Assembly: GCA_030390025.1 (NCBI GenBank)
Contig: JASTWF010000329.1
Span: 310,001-374,000 of the forward strand
Origin: Squalus acanthias
Taxonomy: Eukaryota
Length of the DNA stretch: 64,000 nucleotides
Direction: 5' to 3'
Under the pieces are notes generated by a model that was not told the DNA's origin, ran no database searches, and saw only the letters and a list, made by a program, of their open reading frames with translations. Shown here piece after piece: positions 10,981 through 23,962 of this stretch. How positions within the stretch are numbered: the first letter of the stretch is position 1; each line of letters opens with the position of its first letter. Both the position numbers and the translations under genes were made by a program.

Positions 10981-13900
10981 GAGTAAATTAAGGGTAGGAC
11001 ATGGCAGGGCAGCTCGACAGCGTGGAGTGCTCCTCCTGTGCTATGCTGGAAGTCAGGGACACTTTAGGTGTCCGGGGCGAACACATGTGCAGGAAGTGTC
11101 TCCAGCTGTAGCTACTCGAAATCCGCATTTCGGAGCTGGAGCTGGAGCTGGAGCTGCGACTGGAGTTAATGTGGAGCATCAGCGAAGCTGAGATCTTCGT
11201 GGATAGCACGTTTAACAAGGTGGTCACACCGCAGGTAAAGAGTGCACAGGCAGACAGGGAATGGGTGACCACCAGACAGAGTAAAAGAACTAGGAAGGTA
11301 GTGCCAAAGTCCCCTGGGTCAATCTCCCTCTCCGACAGATTTTCCGTTTTGGATACTGATGGGGGAGATGGTTTCTCAGGGGAATGCAGCAAGAGCCAAG
11401 TCCATGGCACTACGAGTGGCTCAGCTGCACAGGAGGGGAGGAAAAAGAGTGGGAGAGCAATAGTGATAGGTGATTCTATCGTAAGGGGAACAGATAGACG
11501 TTTCTGTGGCCGCAGACGTGACTCCAGGATGGTATGTTGCCTCCCTGGTGCCAGGGTCAAGGATGTCACTGAACGGCTGCAGGGTATTCTGAAGGGGGAG
11601 GGCGAACAGTCAGAGGTCGTGGTTCACATTGGTACCAACGACATGGGTAGAAAGAGGGATGAGGTCCTGCAACAAGAATTTAGGGAGCTTGGTAGCAGAT
11701 TAAAAAGCAGGACCTCAAAGGTTGTAATCTCTGGATTACTCCCGGTGCCACGTGCTAGTGAGTATCGGAATAGGAGGATAGAGCAGATGAATGCGTGGCT
11801 AAAGAGTTGGTGCAGGAGGGAGGGCTTTAGTTTCCTGGATCACTGGGTCTGCTTCTGGGGAAGGAGGGACCTGTACAAGTCAGACAGGTTGCACCTGAAC
11901 CGGAACGGGACCAACATCCTTGCGGGGAGGTTTGCTAGTACTGTTGGGGGGGGGGGGGTTTAAACTAACTTGGCAGGGGGATGGGATACGGAGTGGAGCT
12001 ATAGTAGGGGGTGATGCACAGCCAAATATAGAGGAAAAAACAAGTCAGCCTGGAAGGCAGTGCAAATATATAACGGCACAAGGGAGTATGGCAAGGCTGG
12101 ATGGCATTTATTTTAATGCAAGGAGTCTTGCGAGTAAGGCAGATGAATTGAAGGTATTGATGAACACATGGGAGTATGATATTGTTGCTATCACAGAGAC
12201 ATGGTTGTAGGAGGGGCAGGACTGGCAGCTCAATATTCCGGGGTATAGAATCTTCAGGCGAGACAGAAGTGGGTGTAAAAGAGGAGGGGGTGTCGCAATA
12301 TTAATCAAGGAGTCAATTACTGCTGTAAGGAGTGATGATATCTTAGCAGGTTCCTCTAATGAGGCCATATGGGTAGAACTTAAAAACAAAAAAGGGGCAA
12401 GCACTTTGCTGGGAGTGTACTATAGGCCCCCAAACAGTCAGGGGGAGATAGAGGGACAGATATGTAGGCAAATCTCAGAGAAGTGTAGAAATAATAGGGT
12501 AATAATAGTAGGGGATTTCAACTTCCCCAATATTAACTGGGATAGTCAGAGTGTGAAAGGCTTAGAGGGTGCGGAATTCTTAAAGTGCATCCAGGAGAGC
12601 TTTTTGAGCCAGCATGTGGAAAGTCCTACAAGAGAGGGGGCGGTACTGGACCTAATTCTAGGGAATGTAGCCGGGCAAGTGGTAGAAGTGTTAGTAGGAG
12701 AGCATTTTGGTGACAGTGACCATAATTCGGTGAGATTTAAGGTAGTCATGGAAAAGGACAAAGATGGACCGGAAATAAAGGTTCTAAATTGGGGGAAGGC
12801 CGATTTTAATATGATAAGGCAGGATCTGGCCAAAGTGGACTGGGATCAGCTACTTGTAGGAAAATCCACATCAGAGCAATGGGAGTCTTCCAGAAAGGAA
12901 ATAGAGAGAGTACAACGGCAACATGTTCCCGTAAAGGTCAAGGGTGGGACCAACAAGTCCAGGGAACCCTTGATGTCAAGGGATATACAAGAGTGGATTA
13001 GGAAAAAAAGGGAGGCTTTTGGCAGATACAAAGGACTAAAAACAGTGGAAGCCCTAGAGGAGTATAGAAAGTGCAGGATGGTACTTAAAAATGAAATTAG
13101 GAGAGCGAAGAGGGGGCATGAAATAACACTGGCGGGCAAAATAAAGGAAAATCCCAAGGTGTTTTATAAGTATATTAAGGGCAAGAGGATAACCAGGGAA
13201 AGAGTAGGGCCCATTAGGGACCAAAGTGGCAATCTGTGTGTAGAGCCGGAAGATGTGGGTGAGGTTTTAAATGAATATTTTGCATCTGTGTTCACTATGG
13301 AGAAGGACGATGTAGGCATAGAAATCAGGCAGGGGATTGTGATATACTTGAACAAATTAACATTGCGAGGGAGGAGGTACTAGCGGTTTTAGCGGGTTTA
13401 AAAGTGGATAAATCCGCAGGCCCAGACGAGATGTATCCCAGGCTGCTGTGTGAGGCAAGGGAGGAGATTGCAGGGGCTCTGACACAAATTTTCAGAACCT
13501 CTCTGGCCACAGGGGAGGTGCCAAAGAACTGGAGGACAGATAACGTAGTACCATTATTCAAGAAGGGTAATAGGGATAAACCAGGGAATTACAGGCCAGT
13601 GAGCCTAACATCAGCGGTAGGGAAATTATTGGAAAAAATTCAGAGGGACAGAATTAGTCTCCACTTGGAGAGGCAAGGATTAATCAAGGATAGTCAGCAT
13701 GGTTTTGTTAGGGGGAGATCATGTCTAACCAATTTGATTAATTTTTTTGAGGGGGTGACTAGGTGTGTGGATGAGGGTAGTGCAGTTGATATAGTCTACA
13801 TGGACTTCAGTAAGGCTTTTGACAAAGTCCCGCATGGGAGACTGATCAAGAAGGTAAGAGCCCATGGGATCCAGGGCAATTTGGCACATTGGATCCAAAA

Positions 13901-14980
13901 TTGGCTTCGTGGCAGGAGGCAGAGGGTGATGGTCGAAGGTTGTTTTTGTGACTGGAAGCCTGTGTCCAGTGGTTACCACAGAGATCAATGCTGGGTCCCT
14001 TGCTGTTTGTAGTGTACATTAATGATTTAGATATGAATGTAGGAGCTATGATCAGTCAGTGCGCAGATGACACGAAAATTGGTGGAGTGGTAAATAGCGA
14101 GGAGGGAAGCCTCAGGCTACAGGACGATATAGACGGGTTGGTCAGATGGGCAGAAGAGTGGCAAATGGAATTTAACCCTGAAAAGTGTGAGGTGATGCAT
14201 TTTGGGAGAACTAATAAGGCAAGGGAATACACAATGAATGGTAGGACCCTAGGAAGGACAGAGGATCAGAGGGACCTTGGTGTGCATGTACATAGATCCC
14301 TGAAGACAACAGGACAGGTAGATAAGGTGGTTAAGAAGGCATATGGGATACTTGCCTTCATTAGCCGAGGCATAGAATATAAGAGCAGGGAGGTTATGAT
14401 GGAGCTGTACAAAACGCTAGTTAGGCCACAGCTGGAATACTGTGTGCAGTTCTGGTCGCCACACTATAGGAGTGATGTGATTGTATTGGAGAGGGTGCAG
14501 AGGAGATTCACCAGGATGTTACCTGGACTGGAGCGCTTCAGCTATGAAGAGAGACTGGACAGGCTGGGGTTGTTTTCCTCAGAGCAGAGAAGGCTGAGGG
14601 GGGAACCTGATTGAGGTGTACAAAATTATGAGGGGCATGGATAGGATAGATAGAAAGGAACTTTTCCCCTTAGTAGAGGGGTCAATAACCAGGGGGCATA
14701 GTTTCAAAGTAAGGGGCAGGAGGTTTAGAGGGGATTTGAGGAAAAACTTTTTCACCCAGAGGGTGGTTGGAATCTGGAACTCACTGCCTGAAAGGGTGGT
14801 AGAGGCAGGAACCCTCAACATTCAAGAAGCATTTAGATGAGCACTTGAAACGCCATAGCATACAAGGCTATGGACCAAGTGCTGGAAACTGGGATTAGAA
14901 TAGACAGGGCTTGATGGGCGGCGCGGACACGATGGGCCGAAGGGCCTCTTTCTGTGCTGTCTAACTCTGTGACTCTGTGA
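10981..14980 (+). mobile_element. Near full-length CR1 LINE with SGNH-esterase ORF1 and disrupted APE-RT ORF2
   Basis: ORF1 (11169-11963) has GDS, GTND and DRLH motifs. ORF2 pieces span ~12088-14900 with ITETW, GDFN and an ADD motif. 3' tail at ~14980. Confidence 0.93.
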
Positions 14981-15019
14981 CGTGTCCCGCGGGGACAATG
15001 TGACCTGTTCACACTGGAG

Positions 15020-15375
15020 AACCCAGCGCGCAGGCGCAGTGCCCGCCCGTATCTGGAGCATGCGCAGTGTCACTGTGACCGGGCCTCTCCGAGTGCGACC
15101 AGCAGAATTAGGCGGGAGAAGCTGTTTTTGCGCCGATTACGAATCAGGGGGCGCAGGGAGGTAATGCACCCGGCGGGTGAGCTTCATAATCACCTGGTGC
15201 AGGCCGCAAGCCCCGAATGAGAACCTACGGGTTCCGCGTTTGCAGCTCCGAGGCTTTTTCCCCCAGGCTAAGGGCGGCCATCTTTGTAAAGGAAAGCAGC
15301 GTCTTTGTTCGTCGCCATCTTGATTCGTGCGGCCATCTTTGTAAAGGAACCAATAGTGGGCGGGGCTTCAGGGTC
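15020..15375 (+). promoter_or_regulatory. CpG-rich promoter of ZNF-B
   Basis: gcgcaggcgc, gcatgcgc, three gccatctt (YY1-like) motifs and a gggcgggg GC box. Confidence 0.7.
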
Positions 15376-15380
15376 CCAGG

Positions 15381-15708
15381 AGAACTGAACCCAGCCAGAG
15401 TCAGCACCTTCAGGGGAGGAGAACCAGTGAGTGTGGAACTGCACCCAGCCAGAGTCAGCACCTTCAGGGGAGGAGAGGGAGGGGAACCAGTGAGTGTAGA
15501 ACTGAACTCAGCCAGAGTCAGCACCTTCAGGGGAGGAGAGGGAGGGGAACCAGTGAGTGTAGAACGGAACCCAGCCAGAGTCAGCACCTTCAGGGGAGGA
15601 GAGGGAGGGGAACCAGTGAGTGTAGAACTGAATCCAGCCAGAGTCAGCACCTTCAGGGGAGGAGAGGGAGGGGAACCAGTGAGTATAGAACTGAACCCAA
15701 CCAGAGTT
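15381..15708 (+). repeat. ~63-bp minisatellite (~5 units)
   Basis: Unit gaactgaacccagccagagtcagcaccttcaggggaggagagggaggggaaccagtgagtgta. Confidence 0.93.
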
Positions 15709-15896
15709 GGTGGAGAAACTATCTTGAGACGTGCGGTGTGTTTGTCACTCCTCCCTGTGCTAAAATCCAATGTGTGGGACGGGGAATTACAGCTTTGGAG
15801 GTACAAGAGAGGAAATAATGTTCAGAAACTGGAATTGTCTGTTCTGAATTGGTGTCCTGTACTTACAGTGATGAGTTTTGTAAACTCCTTTTACAG

Positions 15897-17267
15897 GGTA
15901 TTGGAAGAGGAGGATTTGCAGACGGGAAACTGAAACCAAACATCACGTCAAGATCTGACAGAGTCCCTCGATTCCTCAGGACCTGAAATATCATCGGCCT
16001 TTGAATGTGGAAGGAGAAATGTTTGTCTGTTCTGTCTGTGGGAAAAGATTTCCGACATCAGTGTGACTGGAAAAGTACCGAGACACACACCCGACTGAGA
16101 GTGTTCCAGTGCACTGCCTGTCGAAAGAGCTTTAACCAGTTACACAGCCTGAAAAAACACACCATTCACAGCGGGGAGAAACCGTACACGTGTTCTGTGT
16201 GTGGACGAGGCTTCAACTGATCATCCAACCTGGAGAGACACAAGGACACCCACACCACGGAGAAACCGGGGAAATGTGGGGACTGTGGGAAGAGATTCAG
16301 TTCCCCGTCTGAGCTGGAAATTCATTGGCGCAGTCACACTGGGAAGAGACCGTTCACCTGTCCAGTGTGTGGGAAGGGATTCACTCGGTCATCCAACCTG
16401 CTGACACACCAGAGAGGTCACACTGGGGAGAGACCGTTCACCTGCTCTGAGTGTGGGAAGGGATTCACTCGGTCATCCGACCTGCTGAGACACCAGCGAG
16501 TTCACACTGGGGAGAAGCTGTTCACCTGCTCTGTGTGTGGGAAGGGATTCACTTTGTCATCCGACATTCTGAGACAGCAGCGAGTTCACACTAGGGAGAG
16601 GCCATTCACCTGCTCCGAGTGTGGGAAGGGATTCACTCAGTCATTCAGCCTGCTGACACACCAGCGAGTTCACACTGGGGAGAGGCTGTTCACTTGCTCC
16701 ATGTGTGGGAAGGGATTCACTTTGTCATCCGACCTTCTGGCTCACCAGAGAGGTCACACTGGGGAGAGACCATTCACCTGCTCCGTGTGTGGGAAGGGAT
16801 TCACTCAGTCATCCCACCTGCTGATACACCAGCGAGTTCGCACCGGGGAGAGACCGTTCACCTGCTCCGTGTGTGGGAAAGGATTCACTCAGTCATCCCA
16901 CCTTGTAACTCACCAGCGAGTTCACACTGGGGAGAGACCGTTCACCTGCTCTGTGTGTGGGAAGGGATTCAGTCAGTCATTCAACCTGCTGACACACCAG
17001 CGAGTTCACACTGGAGAGAGGTCGTTCACCTGCTCTGTGTGTGGGAAGGGATTCACTTGTTCATCCCACCTTCTAACTCACGAGCGAGTTCACACTGGGG
17101 AGAGACCGTTCACCTGCTCTGAGTGTGGGAAGGGATTCATTCAGTCATCCAGGCTGTTGAGACACCAGCGAGTTCACACTGGGGAGAGACCGTTCACCTG
17201 CTCTGAGTGTGGGAAGGGATTCACTCAGTCATCCACCCTGCTGAGACACCAGCGAGTTCACAAGTGA
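15897..17267 (+). pseudogene. C2H2 zinc-finger gene ZNF-B, probably disrupted
   Basis: Acceptor ttttacag at 15896. An in-frame TGA at 16218-16220 falls inside a finger. About 12 open fingers follow with no ATG directly ahead of them. Confidence 0.75.
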
Positions 17268-18574
17268 CTGCAGGGGTTGGATTCTGATGTTATTGCTGCT
17301 GTTAATCACATCCCAGACTGAATCGTGTCCATTCTGACAGTTGGTGTTTGTTTCTGATGATGTTAATAACCCCTATAACTGGACTGGAGTTTAATATTTT
17401 CATATTTCAAATGACACAGTTTGTCGATATTTGATGTCTCCGAGATAAGAGGAGACTAATTGATGTCCTGTTACCGACTGCTTTATTTTTGGGCCTTTTC
17501 TCCTTTCTAACTCGAGATTATTTCAGTTCTCGTACCTTCGGTTACTCTCAGGGACAAGTCCCAGCTCCCCATCCCTTCCAGAGTGCCTCTCCTAGCCTTG
17601 GTATCCAGGGAAGGTCTCGGTAACACGCCCGGGATCACTAAACACTAAACCCAGTCTGTTAATCACTTTCAGCTGCTGGACTTAGCGTGTGTCCCACAGC
17701 ATCTCTCTCAACTTCGATGTGTGAATAGAGCATCACGCCTGCAAACCTGCTTTCAATTTAAATTTGAATCCACTCAGCAAGTGTATTTGAAAATACGTAC
17801 AAGTAAACAGATCACATTCAAATAATTGGCAAAGGTTTAGAGTCAACAAGATGAACAAGTGAACACATCACGGCCCAATACCCCAGCTCTATATTCACAG
17901 GAGAAAGTCTGTTATCTGACTCCTCGAGTGGACAGAATAGAGAAAGATCCCAACTCTAAGAACATCTAGAATCTGTTGTAAATATCTTTCAAATCCTGAC
18001 TGGTCCAATCTGTCGGTTTCCTTTCAATTGAAGTGAATGGAAGATGAGAGGGGTGTTGGCATATGGACCTCGGTTAATTCAGCTTCTGAAAGGTGTTCAT
18101 GTTTAGTTCATTCGATATCGGGGGAAATGTGGTCGATATCATTAGAGAGAGAGAGAGATTTCACTGAGCAACAGCTGGTGTTTGCAACCAACTGGCCTTG
18201 GATATTTTCATCATAGAATGTTTCGATCAGAAATATGATGTTGGGATAAGAAAAGTCTGGAGACTAGTGGTTTGTGCTGCCCCAGGAAGGCCACAGTGTT
18301 TTTACCTGCTTCTAACGTTGTTGATGTGTGTTGAAGAAAATGCAGACTTGTGTCTCTGGACTGTGCAGTAGCCAGAGATGACCATATTAGGCAATGCCAG
18401 CTCCAGTTTGATAAGAGGTTGATGGCAGAGCAAGAGATCCAGCAGTTTTAAGAATTTATCTCCCGTTATCTGCAGACATCGAATGTCGAAGCGTGCTGAC
18501 AAAATTGGACCTAAGACTTTAACCTATTGGGTTCAATTATTGGGATCGATTGTTACAGAATTGAATTGTTATAG

Positions 18575-19186
18575 AATGGAAAAGTAGTGAAGTTATGCTA
18601 AACTTGTATCGAACCTTGGTTAGACCACACTTGGAGCACTGCGTACAATTCTGGTCACCATATTATAAAAAGGATATAGAGGCACTGGAGAGGGTGCAGA
18701 GAAGATTTACAAGGATGATACCAGAAATGAGAGGGTATACCTGTCAGGAAAGGATGGACAGGCTGGGTCTCTTTTCTCTTGAAAAAAGGCTGAGGGGTGA
18801 CCTAATAGAGGTCTTTAAAATTATGAAAGGTTTTGATAGAGTAGATACAGAGAGAGTGTTTCCACTTGTGGGGAAGAGCATAACTAGAGGCCATCAATAT
18901 AAGATAGTCACCAAGAAATCCAATAGGGAATTCAGGAGAAACTTCTTTACCCAGAGAGTGGTGAGAATGTGGAACTCGCTCCCACAGGGAGTGGTTGATG
19001 CGAATAGTATAGATACATTTAAGGGGAGGCTAGACAAGCATATGAGGGAGAAGGGAATAGAGGGTTATGCTGATAGAGTTAGATGGGGAAAGACGGGAGG
19101 AGGCTCGAGTGGAGCATAAACGCCGGCATGGACTGGTTGGGCCGAATGGCCTGTTTCTGTGCCGTATATCCTGTGTAATCCTGTGT
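18575..19186 (+). mobile_element. CR1 3' fragment
   Basis: ORF 18595-19119 (LVRPHLEHCVQFWSP, RNFFTQRVVRMWNSLP) plus a 3' tail. Confidence 0.88.
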
Positions 19187-19494
19187 ACTTACAGCAAACA
19201 GACAGTTTAACAGACTGCCCATGGTCCACTCTAACCCCCACCTTCTCTCTCTCTCACTATTCATGGACACTGCTGCAGTAATTGCTCCTCTGACCTTTCC
19301 TCTCTTGTCCCTCCTACACGGCCCGACACAATCTCCCTCCCCCTACATCCTCACTGTGCTGGAATCCACACCAGTCTCCCCATCTGCTCCTTGTTCTCTC
19401 CCTGGATCCGAAAACTACTGAACTCAGTCTTCCCTCCAGAAGTCTACAGGCTCTAAAACTGAAGCTTGGTGTCCCTCAGTCCCTACTCCTCCCC

Positions 19495-20360
19495 TTCTCT
19501 CCTCCTCTTTTCCCCCGGGGTGTGTCCACACTCTGGGCCTTGGGCCTTGCCCAGGGATTCTCAGTATGAACAGGTGGGTTGTGTTTTGAGACAGGGTGTC
19601 CCCGCTCTCCTCCTCTTTTCCCCGGGGTGTTTGTCCACACTCTGGGCCTTGGGCCTTGCCCGGGGATTCTCAGTATGAACAGGTGGGGTGTGTTTTGAGA
19701 CAGGGTGTCCCTGCTCTCCTCCTCTTTTCCCCCGGGGTGTGACCACACTCTGGGACTTGGGCCTTGCCCGGGGATTCTCAGTATGAACAGGTGGGGTGTG
19801 TTTTGAGACAGGGTGTCCCTGCTCTCCTCCTCTTTTCCCCGGGGTGTGTTCCACACTCTGGGGCTTGGGCCTTGCCTGGGGTTTCTCAGTATGAACAGGT
19901 GGGGTGTGTTTTGAGACAGGGTGTCCCCGCTCTCGTCCTCTTTTCCCCCGGGGTGTGTCCACACTCTGGGCCTTGGGCCTTGCCTGGGTATTCTCAGTAT
20001 GAACAGGTGGGGTGTGTTTTGAGACAGGGTGTCCCCGCTCTCCTCCTCTTTTCCCCCGGGGTGTGTCCACACTCTGGGCCTTGGGCCTTGCCCGGGGATT
20101 CTCAGTATGAACAGGTGGGGTGTGTTTTGAGACAGGGTGTCCCCGCTCGCCTCCTCTTTTCCCCGGGGTGTGTCCACACTCTGGGCCTTGGGCCTTGCCC
20201 AGGGATTCTCAGTGTGAACAGGTGGGGTGTGTTTTGAGACAGGGTGTCCCCGCTCTCCTCTTTTCCCCGGGGTGTGTCCACACTCTGGGCCTTGGGCCTT
20301 GCCCGGGGATTCTCAGTATGAACAGGTGGGGTGTGTTTTGAGACAGGGTGTCTCCGCTCT
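19495..20360. repeat. ~108-bp tandem repeat (~8 units)
   Basis: cagtatgaacaggtggg recurs at 19562, 19671, 19779, 19887, 19996 and onward. Confidence 0.93.
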
Positions 20361-20469
20361 CCACCTTTAAAGGGACAAGGAGACGACCAGCTGGGGTGAA
20401 TGGCCCTGCTTTATGACATCACTGCAGTGCCTAGCAACCAACCTCCCTGAGCCCTGCTCATTATGGGCT

Positions 20470-21117
20470 GGGAGTGTTTGATGGGACAGTGTAGAGGGAG
20501 CTTTACTCTGTATCTAACCCGTGCTATACCTGCCCCAGGATTGTTTGATGGGACACTGTAGAGGGAGCTTTACTCTGTATCTAACCCGTTCTGTACCTGC
20601 CCTGGGAGTGTTTGATGCGACAGTGTAGAGGGAGTTTTGCTCTGTATCTAACCCGCGCTGTACCTGCCCTGGGAGTGTTTGATGGGACAGTGCAGAGCGA
20701 GCTTTACTCTGTATCTAACCCGTGCTGTACCTGCCCTGGGAGTGTTTGATGGGACAATGTAGAGGGAGCTTTACTCTGTATCTTACCCGTGCTGTACCTG
20801 CCCTGGGAGTGTTTGATGGGACAATGTAGAGGGAGCTTTACTCTGTATCTATCCCGTGCTGTACCTGCCCTGGGAGTGGTTGATGGGACAGTGTAGAGGG
20901 AGCTTTACTCTGTATCTAACCCGTGCTGTACCTGCCCTGGGAGTGTTTGATGGGACAGTGTAGAGGGAGCTTTACTCTGTATCTAACCCGTGCTGTACCT
21001 GCCCTGGGAGTGTTTGATGGGACAATGTAGAGGGAGCTTTACTCTGTATCTAACCCTTGCTGTACCTGCCCTGGGAGTGATTCATGGGACAGTGTAGAGC
21101 GAGCTTTACTCTGTATC
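20470..21117. repeat. 67-bp satellite (~10 units); resumes at 23787-23962
   Basis: Unit gggagtgtttgatgggacagtgtagagggagctttactctgtatctaacccgtgctgtacctgccct. Confidence 0.95.
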
Positions 21118-21120
21118 GAG

Positions 21121-23783
21121 AAACATAGAAACATAGAAGATAGGAGCAGGAGTAGGCCATTCAGCCCATCGAGCCTGCTCCGCCATTCAATGAGATCATG
21201 GCTGATCATCCAAACTCAGTACCCTGTCCCTGCCTTCTCCCCATATCCCTTGATCCCTTTAGGTTTAAGAAATATATCTAACTCCTTCTTGAATATATTT
21301 AATGAATTGGCTTCTACTGCCTTCTGTCGTAGAGAATTCCACAGGTTCACCACTCTCTGGGTGAAGAAATTCCTCCTCATCTCAGTCCTAAATGGCTTAC
21401 CCCTTTTCCTTAGACTGTGACCCCTGGTTCTAAGAACATAAGAACATAAGAAATAGGAGCAGGAGTAGGCCAATCGGCCCCTCGAGCCTGCTCCGCCATT
21501 CAATAAGATCATGGCTGATCTGATCCTAACCGCCAATCTACTATCTATCACAGAACCATCTCCTGCATCTAACAGAATTGCACACACGAAATAGGAGCAG
21601 AATCAGGCTACACAGTCCCTGGGCCCGCTCCACTACCCACAGGGCCATGACCGATCCGAACCTAGACTCATGTCCAAATTCCTGCCCGCTCCCCGTAACC
21701 CTTAATGCCCTTTACTTCTAGGAAACTGTCTATTTCTGTTTTAAATTTAATTAATGTTGTAGCTTCTACAGCTTTTTGTGGCAGCATATTCCATGGACCT
21801 ACCACCCTCTGAGTGAAGTAGTTCCTCCTCATCTCAGTTTTGAAAGAGCAGCCCCTTATTCTAAGACTATGTCCCCTAGTTCTCGTCTCACCCGTCATCG
21901 GGAACATCCTCCCCGCATCCACCCGATCCAACCCCTTCACAATCTTATATGTTTCAATAAGATCGCCTCTCATTCTTCTGAACTCCAATGAGTAGAGTCC
22001 CAATCTACCCAACCTCTCCTCATATGACCACCCCCTCATCCCCGGGATTAACCGAGTGAACCTTTTTTGCACTGCCTCGAGAGCAAGGATGTCTTTCCTT
22101 AAGTAAGGACACCAAAACTGTATGCAGTATTCCAGGTGCGGTCTCACCAATACCTTGTACAACTGAAGCAATACCTCCCTATTTTTATATTCTATCCCCC
22201 TAGCAATGAAAGCCAACATTCCATTTGCCTTCTTAATCACTTGCTGCACCTGCATACTAACCTTTTGAGTTTCGTGCACCAGGACCCCCAGATCCCTTTG
22301 CACTTCAGTACTCTCCAGTTTCTTGCCATTAAGATAATAAATTGCTCTAGGATTTTTCCTGCCAAAGTGCATCACCTCACACTTTCCAGTGTTGTATTCC
22401 ATCTGCCAAATCTCTGCCCACTTACTTAGCCTGTCTATGTCCCCTTGCAGGTTTTTTATGTCCTCCTCACTCACTACTTTCCCTCCCATCTTTGTATCAT
22501 CTGCAAATTTTGATATGTTACACTTGGTCCCTTCCTCCAAATCGTTAATATAGATTGTGAAGAGTTGGGGACCCAGCACTGACCCCTGTGGAACACCACT
22601 AGTTACTGATTGCCAGTCTGAGAATGAACCATTTATCCCAACTCTTTGCTTTCTGTTAGATAGCCAATCCTCTATCCATGCCAGAATATTACCCCCAATC
22701 CCGTGATTCTGGACTCCCCCGCCATCGGGAACATCCTTCCTGCATCTCGTCTGTCTAGTCCTGTTAGAATTTTATAAGTTTCAATGAGATCCCCTCTCAT
22801 CTTCTAAACTCCAGCGAGTATAAGCCCAATCGACCCAATCTCTCCTCATACATCATTCCTGCCATCCCAGGTATTAGCCTGGTGAATCTTCGCTGCACTC
22901 CCTCCATGGCAAGAACATCCTTCCTCAGATAAGGCGACCAAAACTGCACACAAAACTCAAGGTGTGGTCTCACCAAGGCCCTGTACAACTGCAGCAAGAC
23001 ATCCTTGCTCCTGTACTCGAACCCTTTCGCTACGAAGGCCAACAAACCATTTGCCTTCTCAACCGCCTGCTGCACCTGCATGCTTACCTTCAGCGACTGG
23101 TGCACAAGGACACCCAGGTCTCGTTGCACTTCCCCTTCTCCCAATCTATTGCCATTCAGATAATAATCTGCCTTCCTGTTTTTGACACCAAAGTGGATAA
23201 CCTCGCATTTATCCACATTATATTGCATCTGCCATGCTTCTGCCCAATCATCCAACCTGTCCAAATCATACTGGAGTTTCTCGGCATCCTCCTCATGGCA
23301 CACACTCCCACCCAGCTTTGTGTCGTCTGCAAACTTGGAGATATTACATCCAATTCCCTCGTCTAGATCATTAATATATATTGTGAATAGCTGGGGTCCT
23401 AGGACCAATTCCTGCGGTACCCCACTAGTCACTGCCTGCCACTCGGAAAAAGACCCATTTATTCCAACTCATTGCTTTCTGTCCGCCAACCAGTTCTCTA
23501 TCCAAGACAGTACCTTACCCCCAATCCCGTGTACTTTAACTTTACACGCTAATCTCTTATGCGGGACCTTATCGAAAGCCTTCTGAAAGTCCAAATACAC
23601 CACATCCACTGGTTCTCCCTTATCTATTTTACCAGTTACATCCTCAAAAAATTCCAGTAGATTAGTCAAGCACGATTTACCTTTTGTAAATCCATGTTGA
23701 CTGTTTTCCAAGTGATCTGCTATTACATCTTTTATAATGAACTCTAGCATTTTCCCCACTACCGATGTCAGGCTTACCGGTCC
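21121..23783 (-). mobile_element. CR1 (21121-21432 plus ~22705-23783) with a second CR1 (~21433-22705) nested inside
   Basis: The host breaks at cccctggttct and resumes at ttctggactcccc, which are contiguous in the 1.4-kb copy. RT ORFs at 21668-22579 and 22797-23759. Confidence 0.88.
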
Positions 23784-23962
23784 TGTAACCCGTGCTGTAC
23801 CTGCCCTGGGAGTGTTTGATGGGACAGTGTAGAGGGAGCTTTACTCTGTATTTAACCGGTGTTGTACATGTCCTGGGAGTGTTTGATGGGACAGTGTAGA
23901 GGGAGCTTTACTCTGTATCTAACCCGTGCTGTACCTGCCCTGGGAGTGCTTGATGGGACAGT

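Noticed and set aside
11169..11963. Host lipase/esterase gene
   Set aside because: An SGNH esterase directly upstream of APE-RT is the known ORF1 of some CR1 LINEs.
19495..21117. CRISPR-like arrays
   Set aside because: The repeats are contiguous with no unique spacers, no cas genes are present, and the context is vertebrate.
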